Shown here piece after piece: positions 1 through 9,845 of a DNA stretch of 64,000 bases. A program made the translations under genes and the position numbers. The stretch comes from Alphaproteobacteria bacterium (lineage in GTDB: Bacteria > Pseudomonadota > Alphaproteobacteria > Bin95). Location: positions 315,136 to 379,135 of the forward strand of contig OZ219788.1 in the NCBI GenBank assembly GCA_964291285.2. The letters run 5' to 3'. Under the pieces are notes generated by a model, which was given only the letters and a program-made list of their open reading frames with translations, was not told where the DNA came from and did no database searches. How positions within the stretch are numbered: the stretch's first letter is position 1; every line of letters starts with the position of its first letter.

Positions 1-457
1 CGCGGGCAAGGCGTTCGAGATCGACGCCGGCAAGCTCGCCGAGGAGGCCCGCTTCGACGGCATCTTCGTGCTGCGCACCAACGCCGGCATGACGCCGCTC
101 AATGCCGTGCTCCGCTACCGGGAGCTGCTCACGGTGGAAGACCTGTTCCGCCGGGCGAAGGCCCAGTTGCGCACCCGCCCGATCTACCACTCCTGCGACG
201 CCGCGATCCGCGGCCACGTCTTCTGCTCCTTCCTCGCGCTCGTCCTCCAGAAGGAACTGGCCGACCGCTGCGCCGCCGCCAACGTCAACGTCGAATGGGA
301 CGACCTGATCCGCGATCTCGACCGCCTGCAAGAGGCCACCATCGAGAAGGACGGCAAGCGCATCACCACCCGCACCCATGTCGAGGGCCAGGTCGGAAAG
401 GTCTTCCAGGCCGTCGGCATCGCGCTGCCGCCGAACTGGCGCGAACACAAAGCCTGA
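1..457 (+). CDS. IS1634-group DDE transposase, C-terminal part (5' end off window)
   Basis: The open frame runs from the window edge. The translation ...GKAFEIDAGKLAEEARFDGIFVLRTNAGMTPLNAVLRYRELLTVEDLFRRAKAQLRTRPIYH... is identical to copy 2. Confidence 0.85.
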   Translation, partial: AGKAFEIDAGKLAEEARFDGIFVLRTNAGMTPLNAVLRYRELLTVEDLFRRAKAQLRTRPIYHSCDAAIRGHVFCSFLALVLQKELADRCAAANVNVEWDDLIRDLDRLQEATIEKDGKRITTRTHVEGQVGKVFQAVGIALPPNWREHKA

Positions 458-556
458 CCGTCCCCAAAATCAACGAAATGTAGTGGGTACACCCGGCGAT
501 GCCGGTGTAACTCCCTGTTCTATCGAATACTTTTAATCGTCACTGTTGAAGTTGGG
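1..556 (+). mobile_element. IS1634-group (IS4 family) insertion sequence, copy 1; only the 3' part is in the window
   Basis: nt 1-556 are the reverse complement of the 9747-10302 region. The 129-aa translation 68..457+ equals the C-terminus of 9846..11159-. The terminus ...CACTGTTGAAGTTGGG ends at 556. Confidence 0.85.
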
Positions 557-1037
557 TTAGACGGATATTCCGGGGCTTGACGCGGATGAGTCGGATGTCG
601 TCGCCGACAAGCGCGCCCTGGATCGGCTGTCGAAGTCGGCGCGCGTCTATGGCGTCAACGAAGCGATGGGGCCGGACCACGATATTCTGGAAGGCTTTTG
701 AGAAAGGGAGGCACGCTCGTCGCTTCCGGTCAGCAGAGATCCTTTTCTGCGGCACGCCTGAATTGGACCGGTGGCGAAGTTCACCACGGGGCTGTGCACG
801 CGGGATATCGACATTTCGGACCGGCACCCCTACGCTACCAAAGTGAAGGCGCGGGATTCTCGGGTGTATTAACCAAGATGCTGACGTCGCACATAGCGCT
901 GTAGGAAGACAATCCTAGCGGATACCGGCTTTATAGATCTCGACATACTGCTCACACGAATTCGGCATACGCAGTCGAAGGTTTATTTCCTAGACGCTGT
1001 CAAAGCCTACAAGGCAGGTGCGCTTCGTGCCTCACTA

Positions 1038-1912
1038 GGCCCTGTGGACGTATTGACTCAGGAGCGTGTTCAGGGATTCCCGTGCGAGGATTTGTCTGAA
1101 TCATGAGGCGTCGGCGATTCGGGGGTTTCTTTGATGTCGACGAAGATGACGAATGGAGACTGGGAGGTTGCGCTGGAGGTTTTCCGGCTTTGCCTTCCGA
1201 GGCGGGGTGCGAAGGCGAAGGACGACCGTCTGTTTCTGGAGGCGCTGCACTTCTTTGCGGTTCACAACATCACCTGGCGGGCGCTGCCGGAGCGGTTCGG
1301 GCACTGGAATACGGTATGGCGGCGTTTTCACCGTCTGAGCCGTTCAGGGGTGTTCGAGGACTTTTTCGCCACGCTGGCGGATTTGAGCAGCACGGCGCAC
1401 CTGGTTCAGATGTTCGATTCGACCGTGACCCGCGCGCATGTATCGGCGGCCGGCGCAAAAGGGGGCAGCAGGGTCAGGCGCTTGGACGCTCGCGGGGCGG
1501 TTTCAGCACCAAGATCCACCTGAAGACCGATTTCGACGGCCTGCCGATCGCCTTCGACCTGACCGGCGGCGAGGCTGCCGACAGTCCGCATTTCGAGACC
1601 CTGATGGACATCGGCCCCGATGTCCGGCCCCGCGCCATCGTCGCCGACAAGGGCTATGACAGCGCCGGAAACCGCCAACTCGCCCGGAAAAGAGGCGCCC
1701 TGACCGTCATTCCCTACCGGAAGAACATCAAAAACAGGCCAAAGCGCTTCGCAAGCGCGCTCTACAGAGGACGGGCGCGCATCGAACAGGCCGTCGGCAA
1801 GCTCAAACGCTTCAAACGCATCGCCCTGCGCTGCGAAAAGACCGCCACAAACTTCAGCTCTTTCGTCGCACTCGCCGCTGCCTTCATCTTGATCAAATCC
1901 GTCCACAGGGCC
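1038..1912 (+). mobile_element. IS5-family (IS427-like) insertion sequence, 875 bp
   Basis: Terminal inverted repeats GGCCCTGTGGACG (1038-) and CGTCCACAGGGCC (-1912) are flanked by TA on both sides. The element encloses a two-frame transposase. Confidence 0.8.
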
Positions 1913-1915
1913 TAA
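1131..1915 (+). CDS. IS5-family transposase made from orfA (1131-1523) and orfB (to 1915) by a probable programmed -1 frameshift
   Basis: orfA reads ...WRALPERFGHWNTVWRRFHRLSRSGVF.... orfB reads ...GGFSTKIHLKTDFDGLPIAFDLTGGEAADSPHF...ADKGYDS...RIEQAVGKLKRFKRIALRCEKT. The frames overlap at the slippery run AAAAGGGGG (1457-1465). Confidence 0.8.
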
Positions 1916-2024
1916 AAGCTAATCTTCAAAAGCGATTCCCCTGGAGCGCAAGCTTCTCGGACTTGCTTGACGGTGGGGGGGGGGGTAGACTTTGCGTCCG
2001 TAACAGGATCGGGAGGATTTTATC

Positions 2025-4460
2025 ATGGTTATCATGGCTATCGAGCGGACCGGCGGCGCTGGCGACGACACCCTGACGGGGGGCGTCGGCAATGACATCC
2101 TGAAGGGCGGCCTCGGCGACGACATCCTGACGGGCGGCGACGGCGACGACACGCTGACGGGCGGAACCGCAAGCCCGGGAGCCGACGCGGACTTTCTCCT
2201 CATGAACCCCGGCAGCTCGGACGATGACACGCTGGACGGCGGCGCGGGGAACGACACGCTGGACGGCGGCGCGGGCAACGACGCGCTGGACGGCGGCACG
2301 GGCAACGACACGCTGTATGGCGGCGACGGGGACGACACGGTCGATGGCGGCGCGGGCAACGACCGTCTGGAAGGCGGCCGGGGCGCCGACAGGCTGACCG
2401 GCGGCCGGGGCGCGGACTCGCTCTATGGCGGCAGTGGCCATGGCGTCGACGTCTTTGCGTTCTCGGTTGGCGACGGGGCCGATTACATCGGCGATTTCGA
2501 GGCTGGCGACATCATCGAGATTGCCGGGGTGTCCGGCGGTTTCGGGGGTCTTGTGATCGAGCAGAAGGGCTTCAATACCGTCATCAGCTACGGCGACGGC
2601 GACACGATCAAGCTGGAGGGCGTGACGGCGGCCTCCCTTGGCGCGGACGACTTCCGGTTCCTTCCCGTCGAGGCAGCCCCGCCGGAGGGCGGCGGCGAGG
2701 ACGCTCCTGCACAGGGTGCGCCGCCGGACGGCAACGATGACGGCGACGATGATGCCTCGAGCGGCGGGCCTTCTGGCGGGGAGGTGCTGAAGGGTAGCAA
2801 GGACGCGGACACGCTCACCGGCGGGGCCGGCGACGACACCCTGCGTGGCTACGGGGGCGCCGACACGCTGACCGGCGGGGCCGGCGACGACCTCCTCTAT
2901 GGCGGCCTGGGCGCCGACACGCTGACCGGCGGGGCTGGCGACGATACGCTGGGGGGCGGCAAGGGCAACGACACTCTGGACGGCGGCGCGGGCGACGACA
3001 CGCTGCGCGGCGCCAGGGGTGCCGACACGCTGCGCGGCGGCGCGGGCGATGACACGCTGGGGGGCGGCAAGGGCGCCGACACCTTCGTGTTCGAGGCGGG
3101 AGACGGCCACGACACGATCACCGACTTCGGAGCCGGCGACCGGATTCGCCTTGACGGCGAGTCCGGCGGATTCGTGGCGCTGGTCATCGAGCAGGACGGC
3201 GCCGATACCGTCATTCGCTACGGCGGCGGCGGCGACACGATCAGGCTGTCGGGCGTGTCGGCGGACAGCTTGGATGCGAACGACTTCATCCTGCCTGCTG
3301 GCGGTGGCGGCGACGATCACGACGGCGGCAATCCCCTCGATAGCGACAACGACGGTGGCAACCCGCTTGACGACGACGATGACAACGACCCGAATGCCAA
3401 CAACGGCGGCGACGAGGACACGATCCCGGGCACCTCGGGCGATGGGACGCTTGATGTCGAGAACACCGGGGACGGAGGCGGCGACTCGGACGTCGGGAGA
3501 GACGACGACGACAGCTGCAATAAACCGGGCGAGCTTCCTCGCATCGTCGGTCAGGGCCAGACCGGATACAGCATAATCCACGGCACCGAGGACTCGGAGT
3601 TCATCTACGGCGGTGCCGGATGGGTCTGGAACACGCTCTACGGCCACGGCGGTCATGACACAATGGCAGGCGGCTACGGCAGCGATGTGCTGGTCGGCGG
3701 CAAGGGCAACGACTGGCTTCGCGGCGACTGGGGGGGATGGGTCTACGGTGACACCTACATTTTCAATCCGGGCGACGGCTTCGACTACCTGTTCGAGCTG
3801 AGAAAGGAGGATACGATCGAGTTTCACTTCGGCGATCAAGACATGGGTCCCTTCCAGTTCGTCGATCACCAGGCGCGCTACTCCATGGATGCGGTCATCG
3901 TCTACGGCGATGGTGGCACGTCGGACGGCACCATCCTCTCGCACACCGGCTTCGCCTGCGCGCTGCAGGTAGACGGCGGCGCGGGCGGCGGAACTGTCCG
4001 GATCGGCGACATGTCGCTGGCCGAGTTCAAGGCCTCCGGGATCGGCTTCACCGTCCGGGGCGGTAACGGCGACAATACGCTCCACGGCGCCTTCGGCCGG
4101 GACATCCTCCAGGGCCTCGGGGGCGACGACACGCTCCACGGCTACGATCGGGACGACCGGCTTTCGGGGGGGACGGGCGATGACACGCTGATTGGAGGCA
4201 AGGGCAACGACCTGCTCCACGGCGGCGCCGGTGCCGACCGATTCGTCTTCGACAGCGAGTCCGATACCGACCGCATCCTGGATTTCGAGGACGGCACCGA
4301 CATCTTGGTCATCCGTGGGAACCTCCAATTCTCCGATCTGGACATCAAGCAGAGTGGACACAACGCCGTGATCGGCGATCCTGACAACACATTCTCGATC
4401 GTGGTCGAGAACATTCAGGCGTCGCAGCTGACCGAAGCCGATTTCGACTTCGTCGGCTGA
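2025..4460 (+). CDS. RTX-type calcium-binding repeat protein (hemolysin-type GGxGxD nonapeptides), 811 aa
   Basis: Dozens of GGAGNDTLxGG / GGxGxDxL repeats. There are three repeated modules of the form F(A/V)Fxx(G)DGxDxIxDFxxGDxI...DF. An SD-like GGGAGG lies upstream of the ATG. Confidence 0.85.
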   Translation: MVIMAIERTGGAGDDTLTGGVGNDILKGGLGDDILTGGDGDDTLTGGTASPGADADFLLMNPGSSDDDTLDGGAGNDTLDGGAGNDALDGGTGNDTLYGGDGDDTVDGGAGNDRLEGGRGADRLTGGRGADSLYGGSGHGVDVFAFSVGDGADYIGDFEAGDIIEIAGVSGGFGGLVIEQKGFNTVISYGDGDTIKLEGVTAASLGADDFRFLPVEAAPPEGGGEDAPAQGAPPDGNDDGDDDASSGGPSGGEVLKGSKDADTLTGGAGDDTLRGYGGADTLTGGAGDDLLYGGLGADTLTGGAGDDTLGGGKGNDTLDGGAGDDTLRGARGADTLRGGAGDDTLGGGKGADTFVFEAGDGHDTITDFGAGDRIRLDGESGGFVALVIEQDGADTVIRYGGGGDTIRLSGVSADSLDANDFILPAGGGGDDHDGGNPLDSDNDGGNPLDDDDDNDPNANNGGDEDTIPGTSGDGTLDVENTGDGGGDSDVGRDDDDSCNKPGELPRIVGQGQTGYSIIHGTEDSEFIYGGAGWVWNTLYGHGGHDTMAGGYGSDVLVGGKGNDWLRGDWGGWVYGDTYIFNPGDGFDYLFELRKEDTIEFHFGDQDMGPFQFVDHQARYSMDAVIVYGDGGTSDGTILSHTGFACALQVDGGAGGGTVRIGDMSLAEFKASGIGFTVRGGNGDNTLHGAFGRDILQGLGGDDTLHGYDRDDRLSGGTGDDTLIGGKGNDLLHGGAGADRFVFDSESDTDRILDFEDGTDILVIRGNLQFSDLDIKQSGHNAVIGDPDNTFSIVVENIQASQLTEADFDFVG

Positions 4461-4893
4461 CGCACCTGACGCGCGCCGCCAGGGCCATGCGAGAAGCGCC
4501 GCGCCGAATGCTGGCCAGAGGGGCAGGAGCGTCGCGGCCCCGACGCGCGGGCGCCCGGCGGCAGTTGACTGTGGCATGGATGCAACAGGTCCGGGCAATC
4601 GGCGTTCGGGCGCCCTGTCCGTTCCCTCCCGGCACATGCGGCCCGGGCGCGCCGTCTCGCCTACGGCCTCATGCGCTTTCCCCGGCCCGTTTTCCGCCGC
4701 CGCGCCCGTTCGACAAGGCCTGTCCAACCCCGCCCGGCGGACCGGTTCAACGGGCCCCACAATATCCCCGCCGAGGCAAGGGGGACCTGATACCACCGGT
4801 CGTTGATTGGAACCGATAGCAGAGCCTCCCTCCGTAGCCTGCCCCCTGAGCCGAGGCCTCGTACTGCAAGAGGTAATCTCCGCCGAGAGAGGC

Positions 4894-5127
4894 TTATCGG
4901 GTCTTATCTGTGGCCGCTGGCGTGGGCAGACGCCCAAGGATGCGGTTGATCTTGGCGTCGATCTTGGCGTCAACCCTTGCAAAGGCGGCCTTGAATGCCT
5001 TTCGGTCATTGTTGACGGAACCCGCCCACATGCCCCCGCTGAACAGGATAACCATCAGCGTCAGGGCAGCAGCCCCGACCCGCAGGGGGTCCGCCAATAT
5101 CCACTCAAACACCGTCTCAAACACCAT
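4894..5127 (-). CDS. small hypothetical membrane protein (77 aa, one predicted TM helix)
   Basis: Strong SD AGAAGGAAGGGGAACG precedes ATG 5127. MVFETVFEWILADPLRVGAAALTLMVILFSGGMWAG is followed by a charged tail. The longer track ORF (to 5391) runs across the IS66 end and into the IS21 element, so the short start is preferred. Confidence 0.45.
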   Translation of the reverse strand: MVFETVFEWILADPLRVGAAALTLMVILFSGGMWAGSVNNDRKAFKAAFARVDAKIDAKINRILGRLPTPAATDKTR

Positions 5128-5434
5128 CGTTCCCCTTCCTTCTCGCGCTAATTCTATCCCCGCCGCACCTGCCTGATCAGTAAGCGGTGCGGCTGAGCCC
5201 CCTTCCAGTTGCAGGCGTGTGTCAATGGCAGCCGAAAATTGCGCATTTTTGGCAAGTGAAAATTGCTCACTTTTGTCTTTGATCCCTTTCGCCCGGCACG
5301 GTGCTTGGGGTGTGGGCCTCGATGGAGCTGTGGGTAACCGGGTTGGCGCAGCGACCGCCGCGAGTCTGGCGGCGACAACCCGGTTATCCATAGCGGGCGG
5401 CGGTCACCGTTGCCGTTTTTGCTCCGGGCGGGGA

Positions 5435-6232
5435 TCACGCGGCGGCCCTCTTGCGTCGCCGGTCCGAGCCGGACTGCAGCAGGTTCTGATGATCGCGCAT
5501 CCGGTAGGAGTTCCCCCGGATGTTGACGATGTGGCAGTGGTGGACCAGGCGGTCGATGAGAGCCGCCGCCATGACCTCGTCGCCGAGCACGCCGCCCCAG
5601 TCCTCGAAGCCCTTGTTCGAGGTCAGCACGGTCGATGCCTTCTCGTGCCTGGCGTTGATGAGCTGGAAGAAGAGCACGGCGCCGTCCTGGTTGACGGGCA
5701 GGTAGCCGATCTCGTCGACCACCAGCAGCGCCGGGTGTGTGAGCACGCGCAGCCGGTGGGACAGGTTGCCGGCGGCCTTGGCCTCGGTGAGGGAGTCGAT
5801 CAGCCCTGCGAGCGTGCCGTAGTAGACGCGCCGTCCAGCTTCGGCCGCGGCGATCGCGAGGCTTATGGCCAGATGCGTTTTGCCGACCCCGGGCGGACCA
5901 AGCAGGATCACGTTCTCGCGGCGGTCGACGAAGCCGAGCTCGTGCAGGCTCTCGATCTGCTCGCGCTTGATGCTGGGCTGGAAGGCGAAGTCGAACTGGT
6001 CGAGCGTCTTCACCGCGGGCAGCCTGGACGAGCGCATGGCGGTCTGGAGCCTGCGGTTGTTGCGGAGCACGATCTGGGCGTTCAGCAACTGCTGGATGGC
6101 CTCGGCCGCGGTGATCGAGCCGCCGTCGGCTTCGGACAGGATGCCGTCGACGGCCTCCAGCGCGCCGGGCATCTTCAGGTCGGCCAGCATCGCCCGCAGC
6201 CTGTCGCGCCGGCTCGGCGCCGGGGGCTTCAT
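5435..6232 (-). CDS. istB: IS21-family helper ATPase IstB
   Basis: Walker A LLGPPGVGKTHLA and ...LLVVDEIGYLP.... The ATG overlaps the istA stop (ATGA at 6229-6232). The track ORF extension to 6784 is rejected. Confidence 0.9.
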   Translation of the reverse strand: MKPPAPSRRDRLRAMLADLKMPGALEAVDGILSEADGGSITAAEAIQQLLNAQIVLRNNRRLQTAMRSSRLPAVKTLDQFDFAFQPSIKREQIESLHELGFVDRRENVILLGPPGVGKTHLAISLAIAAAEAGRRVYYGTLAGLIDSLTEAKAAGNLSHRLRVLTHPALLVVDEIGYLPVNQDGAVLFFQLINARHEKASTVLTSNKGFEDWGGVLGDEVMAAALIDRLVHHCHIVNIRGNSYRMRDHQNLLQSGSDRRRKRAAA

Positions 6233-7251
6233 TGCAGCGCCTCCGCATAGACGCTGAGCGGGCGCCGTTCGACCTCCACACTTGTCGGAAAGCGCCGTCG
6301 TGCGGGCTCCGGAGCCTGGCGGAGGCCGAGACGCCGGTAGGGAGAGATGGCCAGGGGGCGAAGCGCCGCCCGTTCGTCGCGCTCGAAGCGGTCGACGGGG
6401 CGTTCCCCGGTCGTGGCGTGCCGGCGAACGTTGGCCGTACCCTCCAGCCAGCCCGCGGCCTGTTGGTTGAGATCGTCGTCGTTCGCGAAGCTGCGTCCGT
6501 AGAAGAAGCTCTCGCGGATGTAGCGGATCGGACGCTCCACCTTGCCCCTCGTCCGGGCCCGACAGGGGCGGCACGAGCGGGGCATGAACCCCCAGTGCGT
6601 GGCGAAGCGCAGGAACTCCGCGTTGAGCACCAGGCCGCCGGCGCCGGTGCGGTCGTCGGACAGCACCACCGCGCGCATCTGGTCGAACAGCAGCTCCTCC
6701 GGAACCCCGCCGAACCGACCGAAGGCGCTCTCCAGTCCCTCCATCAGCACTGCCATCGTCTGCCGGGGGAAGAACCGCAGCCACAGAAGCCGGGAGTAGC
6801 CCAGCACCACCACCAGGGCATGACGCCGGCCCCAGGGAAGCCGGAACGTCCCGAAGTCCACCTGGCCCTGGCGACCCGCCGGCGTCTCGAACCGCACCAC
6901 CGCCTCGACCGGCTCGCGCGGCCGCGTCGCACGCACATAGTCCAGCACGCGGCGATAGCCGCCCGGGTAGCCCGCCGCGCGAACCTCGTCGAACAGACGC
7001 TTCGCCGAGAGCTTCGGGAACTCCTCAAGGCGCGCGTCGATGATCCCCTTGTAGGGATCCAGCTTGTGAGCCACCGGGGGGCGCGGCGCATAACCTCGCG
7101 GGCCGGCCGACAGATCACGGTCCAGTTGGCCCGTCTCGATCCAGTAATGGATCGTGCGCCGGTTCACCCCGAACCGGCGCGACAGCTCCGCCTTCGAAAC
7201 GCCCCGGTCCAGATAGTGCTTCAACAACATCCTCGTCTCCCATCCATACAT
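6229..7251 (-). CDS. istA: IS21-family transposase IstA (340 aa)
   Basis: N-terminal HTH (VSKAELSRRFGVNRRTIHYWI) and a DDE core (GQVDFG...VVVLGYSRLLW...FDQMRAVV). Confidence 0.85.
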   Translation of the reverse strand: MYGWETRMLLKHYLDRGVSKAELSRRFGVNRRTIHYWIETGQLDRDLSAGPRGYAPRPPVAHKLDPYKGIIDARLEEFPKLSAKRLFDEVRAAGYPGGYRRVLDYVRATRPREPVEAVVRFETPAGRQGQVDFGTFRLPWGRRHALVVVLGYSRLLWLRFFPRQTMAVLMEGLESAFGRFGGVPEELLFDQMRAVVLSDDRTGAGGLVLNAEFLRFATHWGFMPRSCRPCRARTRGKVERPIRYIRESFFYGRSFANDDDLNQQAAGWLEGTANVRRHATTGERPVDRFERDERAALRPLAISPYRRLGLRQAPEPARRRFPTSVEVERRPLSVYAEALQ

Positions 7252-7413
7252 CCGCGCGCCGCACCCCGCTCCGTTGGCAAAGCCAACAGAGCGGCCCGAC
7301 GCATCTTCAGCGACAAGCCAAAAGTGAGAAATTTCGGGTTGCCAGAAATGGGAAACTTACGGGTGCCACCAACAGCGTGATTTGGGATTCCCCTTTTGTG
7401 ATTTGAACAGGAG

Positions 7414-7812
7414 GTGAGTTTCACAATGTTGGGCTCAGTTGAGACACTCAGGAGCGTAGAAGTGCTTCCGGTTGGAGGCGGTTGTCGTCGCTGGCCGGAT
7501 GATTTGAAGGCGCGGATTGTGGCGGAGACGCTGGAGCCGGGTGCGACGGTTCGCGAGGTTGCGCGCAGACATGGCGTCCATGCGAACCAGTTGACGGGCT
7601 GGCGTCGCCTGGCGCGGGAAGGTCGGCTTGTTTTGCCTGCGGCGGAAGTGGCGTTTGCGCCGCTGGTTGTCCGGGCGGAGGGTAGCGGTGTCGGTGAGGC
7701 GAGCGGCGCGCGTCTGGAAGTCGTTATGGACAGGGTTACGGTCCGTCTGGACGCGGCCGTGCCGGCGGGACGGTTGGCGGAGATCGTTTCTGCGCTGAAC
7801 GCGGCGTCATGA
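7414..7812 (+). CDS. tnpA: IS66-family accessory protein TnpA (orf1); an alternative start is ATG 7426
   Basis: RRWPDDLKARIVAETLEPGATVREVARRHGVHANQLTGWRR is a typical IS66 orf1 HTH. AGGAGG lies at 7408-7413. Confidence 0.85.
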   Translation: MSFTMLGSVETLRSVEVLPVGGGCRRWPDDLKARIVAETLEPGATVREVARRHGVHANQLTGWRRLAREGRLVLPAAEVAFAPLVVRAEGSGVGEASGARLEVVMDRVTVRLDAAVPAGRLAEIVSALNAAS

Positions 7813-8162
7813 TCTTCCCATCGAACCGTGTGCGGATCGTCGTTGCGACGAAGCCCGTGGACTTCAGGAAGCAGCACGACGGCCTTGTTGCGCATGTGAA
7901 GAGCGTGTTGCGCAAGGACCCGTTCACGGGAACGGTCTTCCTCTTCAGGGCAAAACGAAGCGACAGGCTGAAGCTCGTCTTCCATGACGGGACCGGGTTG
8001 GTGATGGTCTACAAGCGTCTGGAGGATCAGGGCTTCGTGTGGCCTGCGATCCGCGACGGTGTCATGACGCTGAACCATGCACAGTTCGAGGCGCTGTTCT
8101 GCGGGCTGGACTGGCGTCGTGTTCGGGCGCTGTCCGTCCGGGCCCCGGCTGAGGCGGAATGA
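7809..8162 (+). CDS. tnpB: IS66-family TnpB (orf2)
   Basis: MIFPSNRVRIVVATKPVDFRKQHDGLVAHV...FLFRAKRSDRLKLVFHDGTGL.... There is a 4-nt overlap with tnpA. Confidence 0.9.
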   Translation: MIFPSNRVRIVVATKPVDFRKQHDGLVAHVKSVLRKDPFTGTVFLFRAKRSDRLKLVFHDGTGLVMVYKRLEDQGFVWPAIRDGVMTLNHAQFEALFCGLDWRRVRALSVRAPAEAE

Positions 8163-8213
8163 CTCAGCGGATCGGGGCCCCCGGCTCCCCGACACTGTGC
8201 TATCGAGCGGGCC

Positions 8214-9746
8214 ATGGCAGCGCTTGCGGAGATGGACCTCGACACGCTGACGCCGGAACAGGCGGCGGCTGCGAGGCAGGCGCTTGCGGCTCTGGAGACG
8301 CTTCGCACCGGGAACAGGACGCTGACGGAAGAGAAGGTCTGCCTCGCGGGTGAGAATGAGGCGCTGTCGGCGCGCATCCGCCGTCTGGAGCATCTGAACC
8401 TTGAACTGGTCCGCCTTGTGTATGGCAAGAGGTCGGAGAAGCTGTCGGCGGACGAGCGCCAGCTGGCGTTCGAGGAGCTGGAGGGCGCGTCTGCGGAGGG
8501 GGAAGCACAGGCCGCGGCCGACAATCCGTCGCCGCCGCGCGCACCGAGGAAGCCCCGCCCGGAGCGCAATCCCGGCCATTTGCCGGAGCACCTGGAACGG
8601 ATCGAGCAGGTGATCGAGCCGGAGAGCACGCTGTGCCCCTGCGGCTGCGGGGAGATGGTGAAGATCGGCGAGGACCGCGCCGAGAGGCTCGACATCGTGC
8701 CGGCGCAGTTGCGGGTAATCGTCACGGTGCGCCCGAAATACGCCTGCCGCAAGTGCGAGGAAGGCGTTACCCAGGCGCCGGCGCCGGCGCGGCTGATCGA
8801 GGGCGGGCTGCCGACCGAAGGCGCCATCGCCCATGTCCTGATCTCCAAATATGCCGACCACCTTCCGCTGTACCGCCAGGCCCGGATCCATGCCCGCTCG
8901 GGGCTGCAACTGGACCGCTCGACGCTGGCCGGCTGGGTCGGCAAGGCGGCGTTCCACCTCGGGCCCGTGTATGAGCGCCTGAAGACGGCGCTGAAGATGT
9001 CGAGCACCCTGGGTCTGGACGAAACCACGGTTCGGGTTCTCGACCCGGGCCGGGGCAAGACCAAAACCGGCTATCTGTGGACCATGGTGCGCGACCAGCG
9101 GGCCTGGTCCGGGGCGGACCCGCCGGGGGTGGTCTATGAGTATGCGCCCGGGCGCAGCGGCAAGCATGGCGAGAAGCTGCTCGAGGGCTTCCAGGGATCG
9201 GTGCAGGTCGACGGCTATGCCGGCCACAACCGGCTCGGCCGGGCGGATCGCCCGGGCGGGGCGCTGACGCTCTGTGCCTGTTGGGCACACGCCAGGCGCG
9301 GCCTTGAGACGGTGTTCGACAGCAGCCGCTCGCCGATCGCGAAGGCCGGACTGGAGCGCATCGCGCAGCTCTACAGGATCGAGGACAGGATCCGGGGCGA
9401 GGAGCCGGCGACGCGCCAGTTCGTCCGCTGGACCGGGTCCGCGCCGCTGGTGAACGCCTTCGGGGTGTGGCTCGACGAGCAGCGCTCGCGCGTCTCGCCC
9501 AAGTCCCGCCTCGGCGAGAAGTTGACCTACATCGCCAACCAGTGGGACGGGCTGCTGGTCTTCCTGCACGACGGGCGCGTCGAGATGGACAGCAACTTCG
9601 TCGAAAATCGGATCCGGCCGATCAAGCTCACCGCGAAAAATGCGTTGTTCGCCGGCCACGACGAGGGCGCGCGCTCCTGGGGCCGCATCGGCTCGCTCAT
9701 CGAGACGGCGAAGATGAACGGCGTCGAGCCCTACGCCTGGCTCAAG
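8214..9746 (+). pseudogene. tnpC: IS66-family transposase TnpC, 5' 511 codons, cut by the IS1634 insertion (3' end at 33484-33570)
   Basis: Leucine-zipper N-terminus, a CPCGCG zinc motif and ...GYLWTMV.... The frame is broken after ...EPYAWLK at 9746, and the track ORF only continues into IS sequence (NFNSDD*). Confidence 0.9.
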
Positions 9747-9845
9747 CCCAACTTCAACAGTGACGATTAAAAGTATTCGATAGAACAGGGAGTTACACCG
9801 GCATCGCCGGGTGTACCCACTACATTTCGTTGATTTTGGGGACGG

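Larger units (their letters stand above)
5220..7374 (-). mobile_element. IS21-family insertion sequence no. 1 (2155 bp), inserted 40 bp inside the IS66 left end
   Basis: Ends are TGTCAATGGCAGCCGAAAATTGCGCATTTTTGGCAAGTGAAAATTGCTCACTTTTG and the matching complement TGTTGGTGGCACCCGTAAGTTTCCCATTTCTGGCAACCCGAAATTTCTCACTTTTG. The 5-bp TSD GCGTG sits at 5215-5219 and 7375-7379. Confidence 0.85.

Noticed and set aside
1926-5009. 1027-aa ORF on the minus strand
   Set aside because: It is the antisense shadow of the RTX gene (GGC/GAC-rich repeats read open in reverse). The translation is low-complexity A/R/V/G with no motifs. High-GC genomes produce long spurious antisense ORFs.
5435-6784. Long N-terminal extensions suggested by the ORF track (istB 449 aa; also DegP to 48957, DdpX to 53129, PIN to 58248)
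   Set aside because: The extensions overlap the upstream genes and are Arg/Gly/Pro-rich. Family-typical N-termini, SD sequences and ATGA-type coupling support the shorter starts given in the feature list.
7221-9659. 812-aa ORF on the minus strand
   Set aside because: Antisense to IS66 tnpA/tnpB/tnpC, which have clear family signatures. The translation is Arg/Pro/Ala-rich noise.
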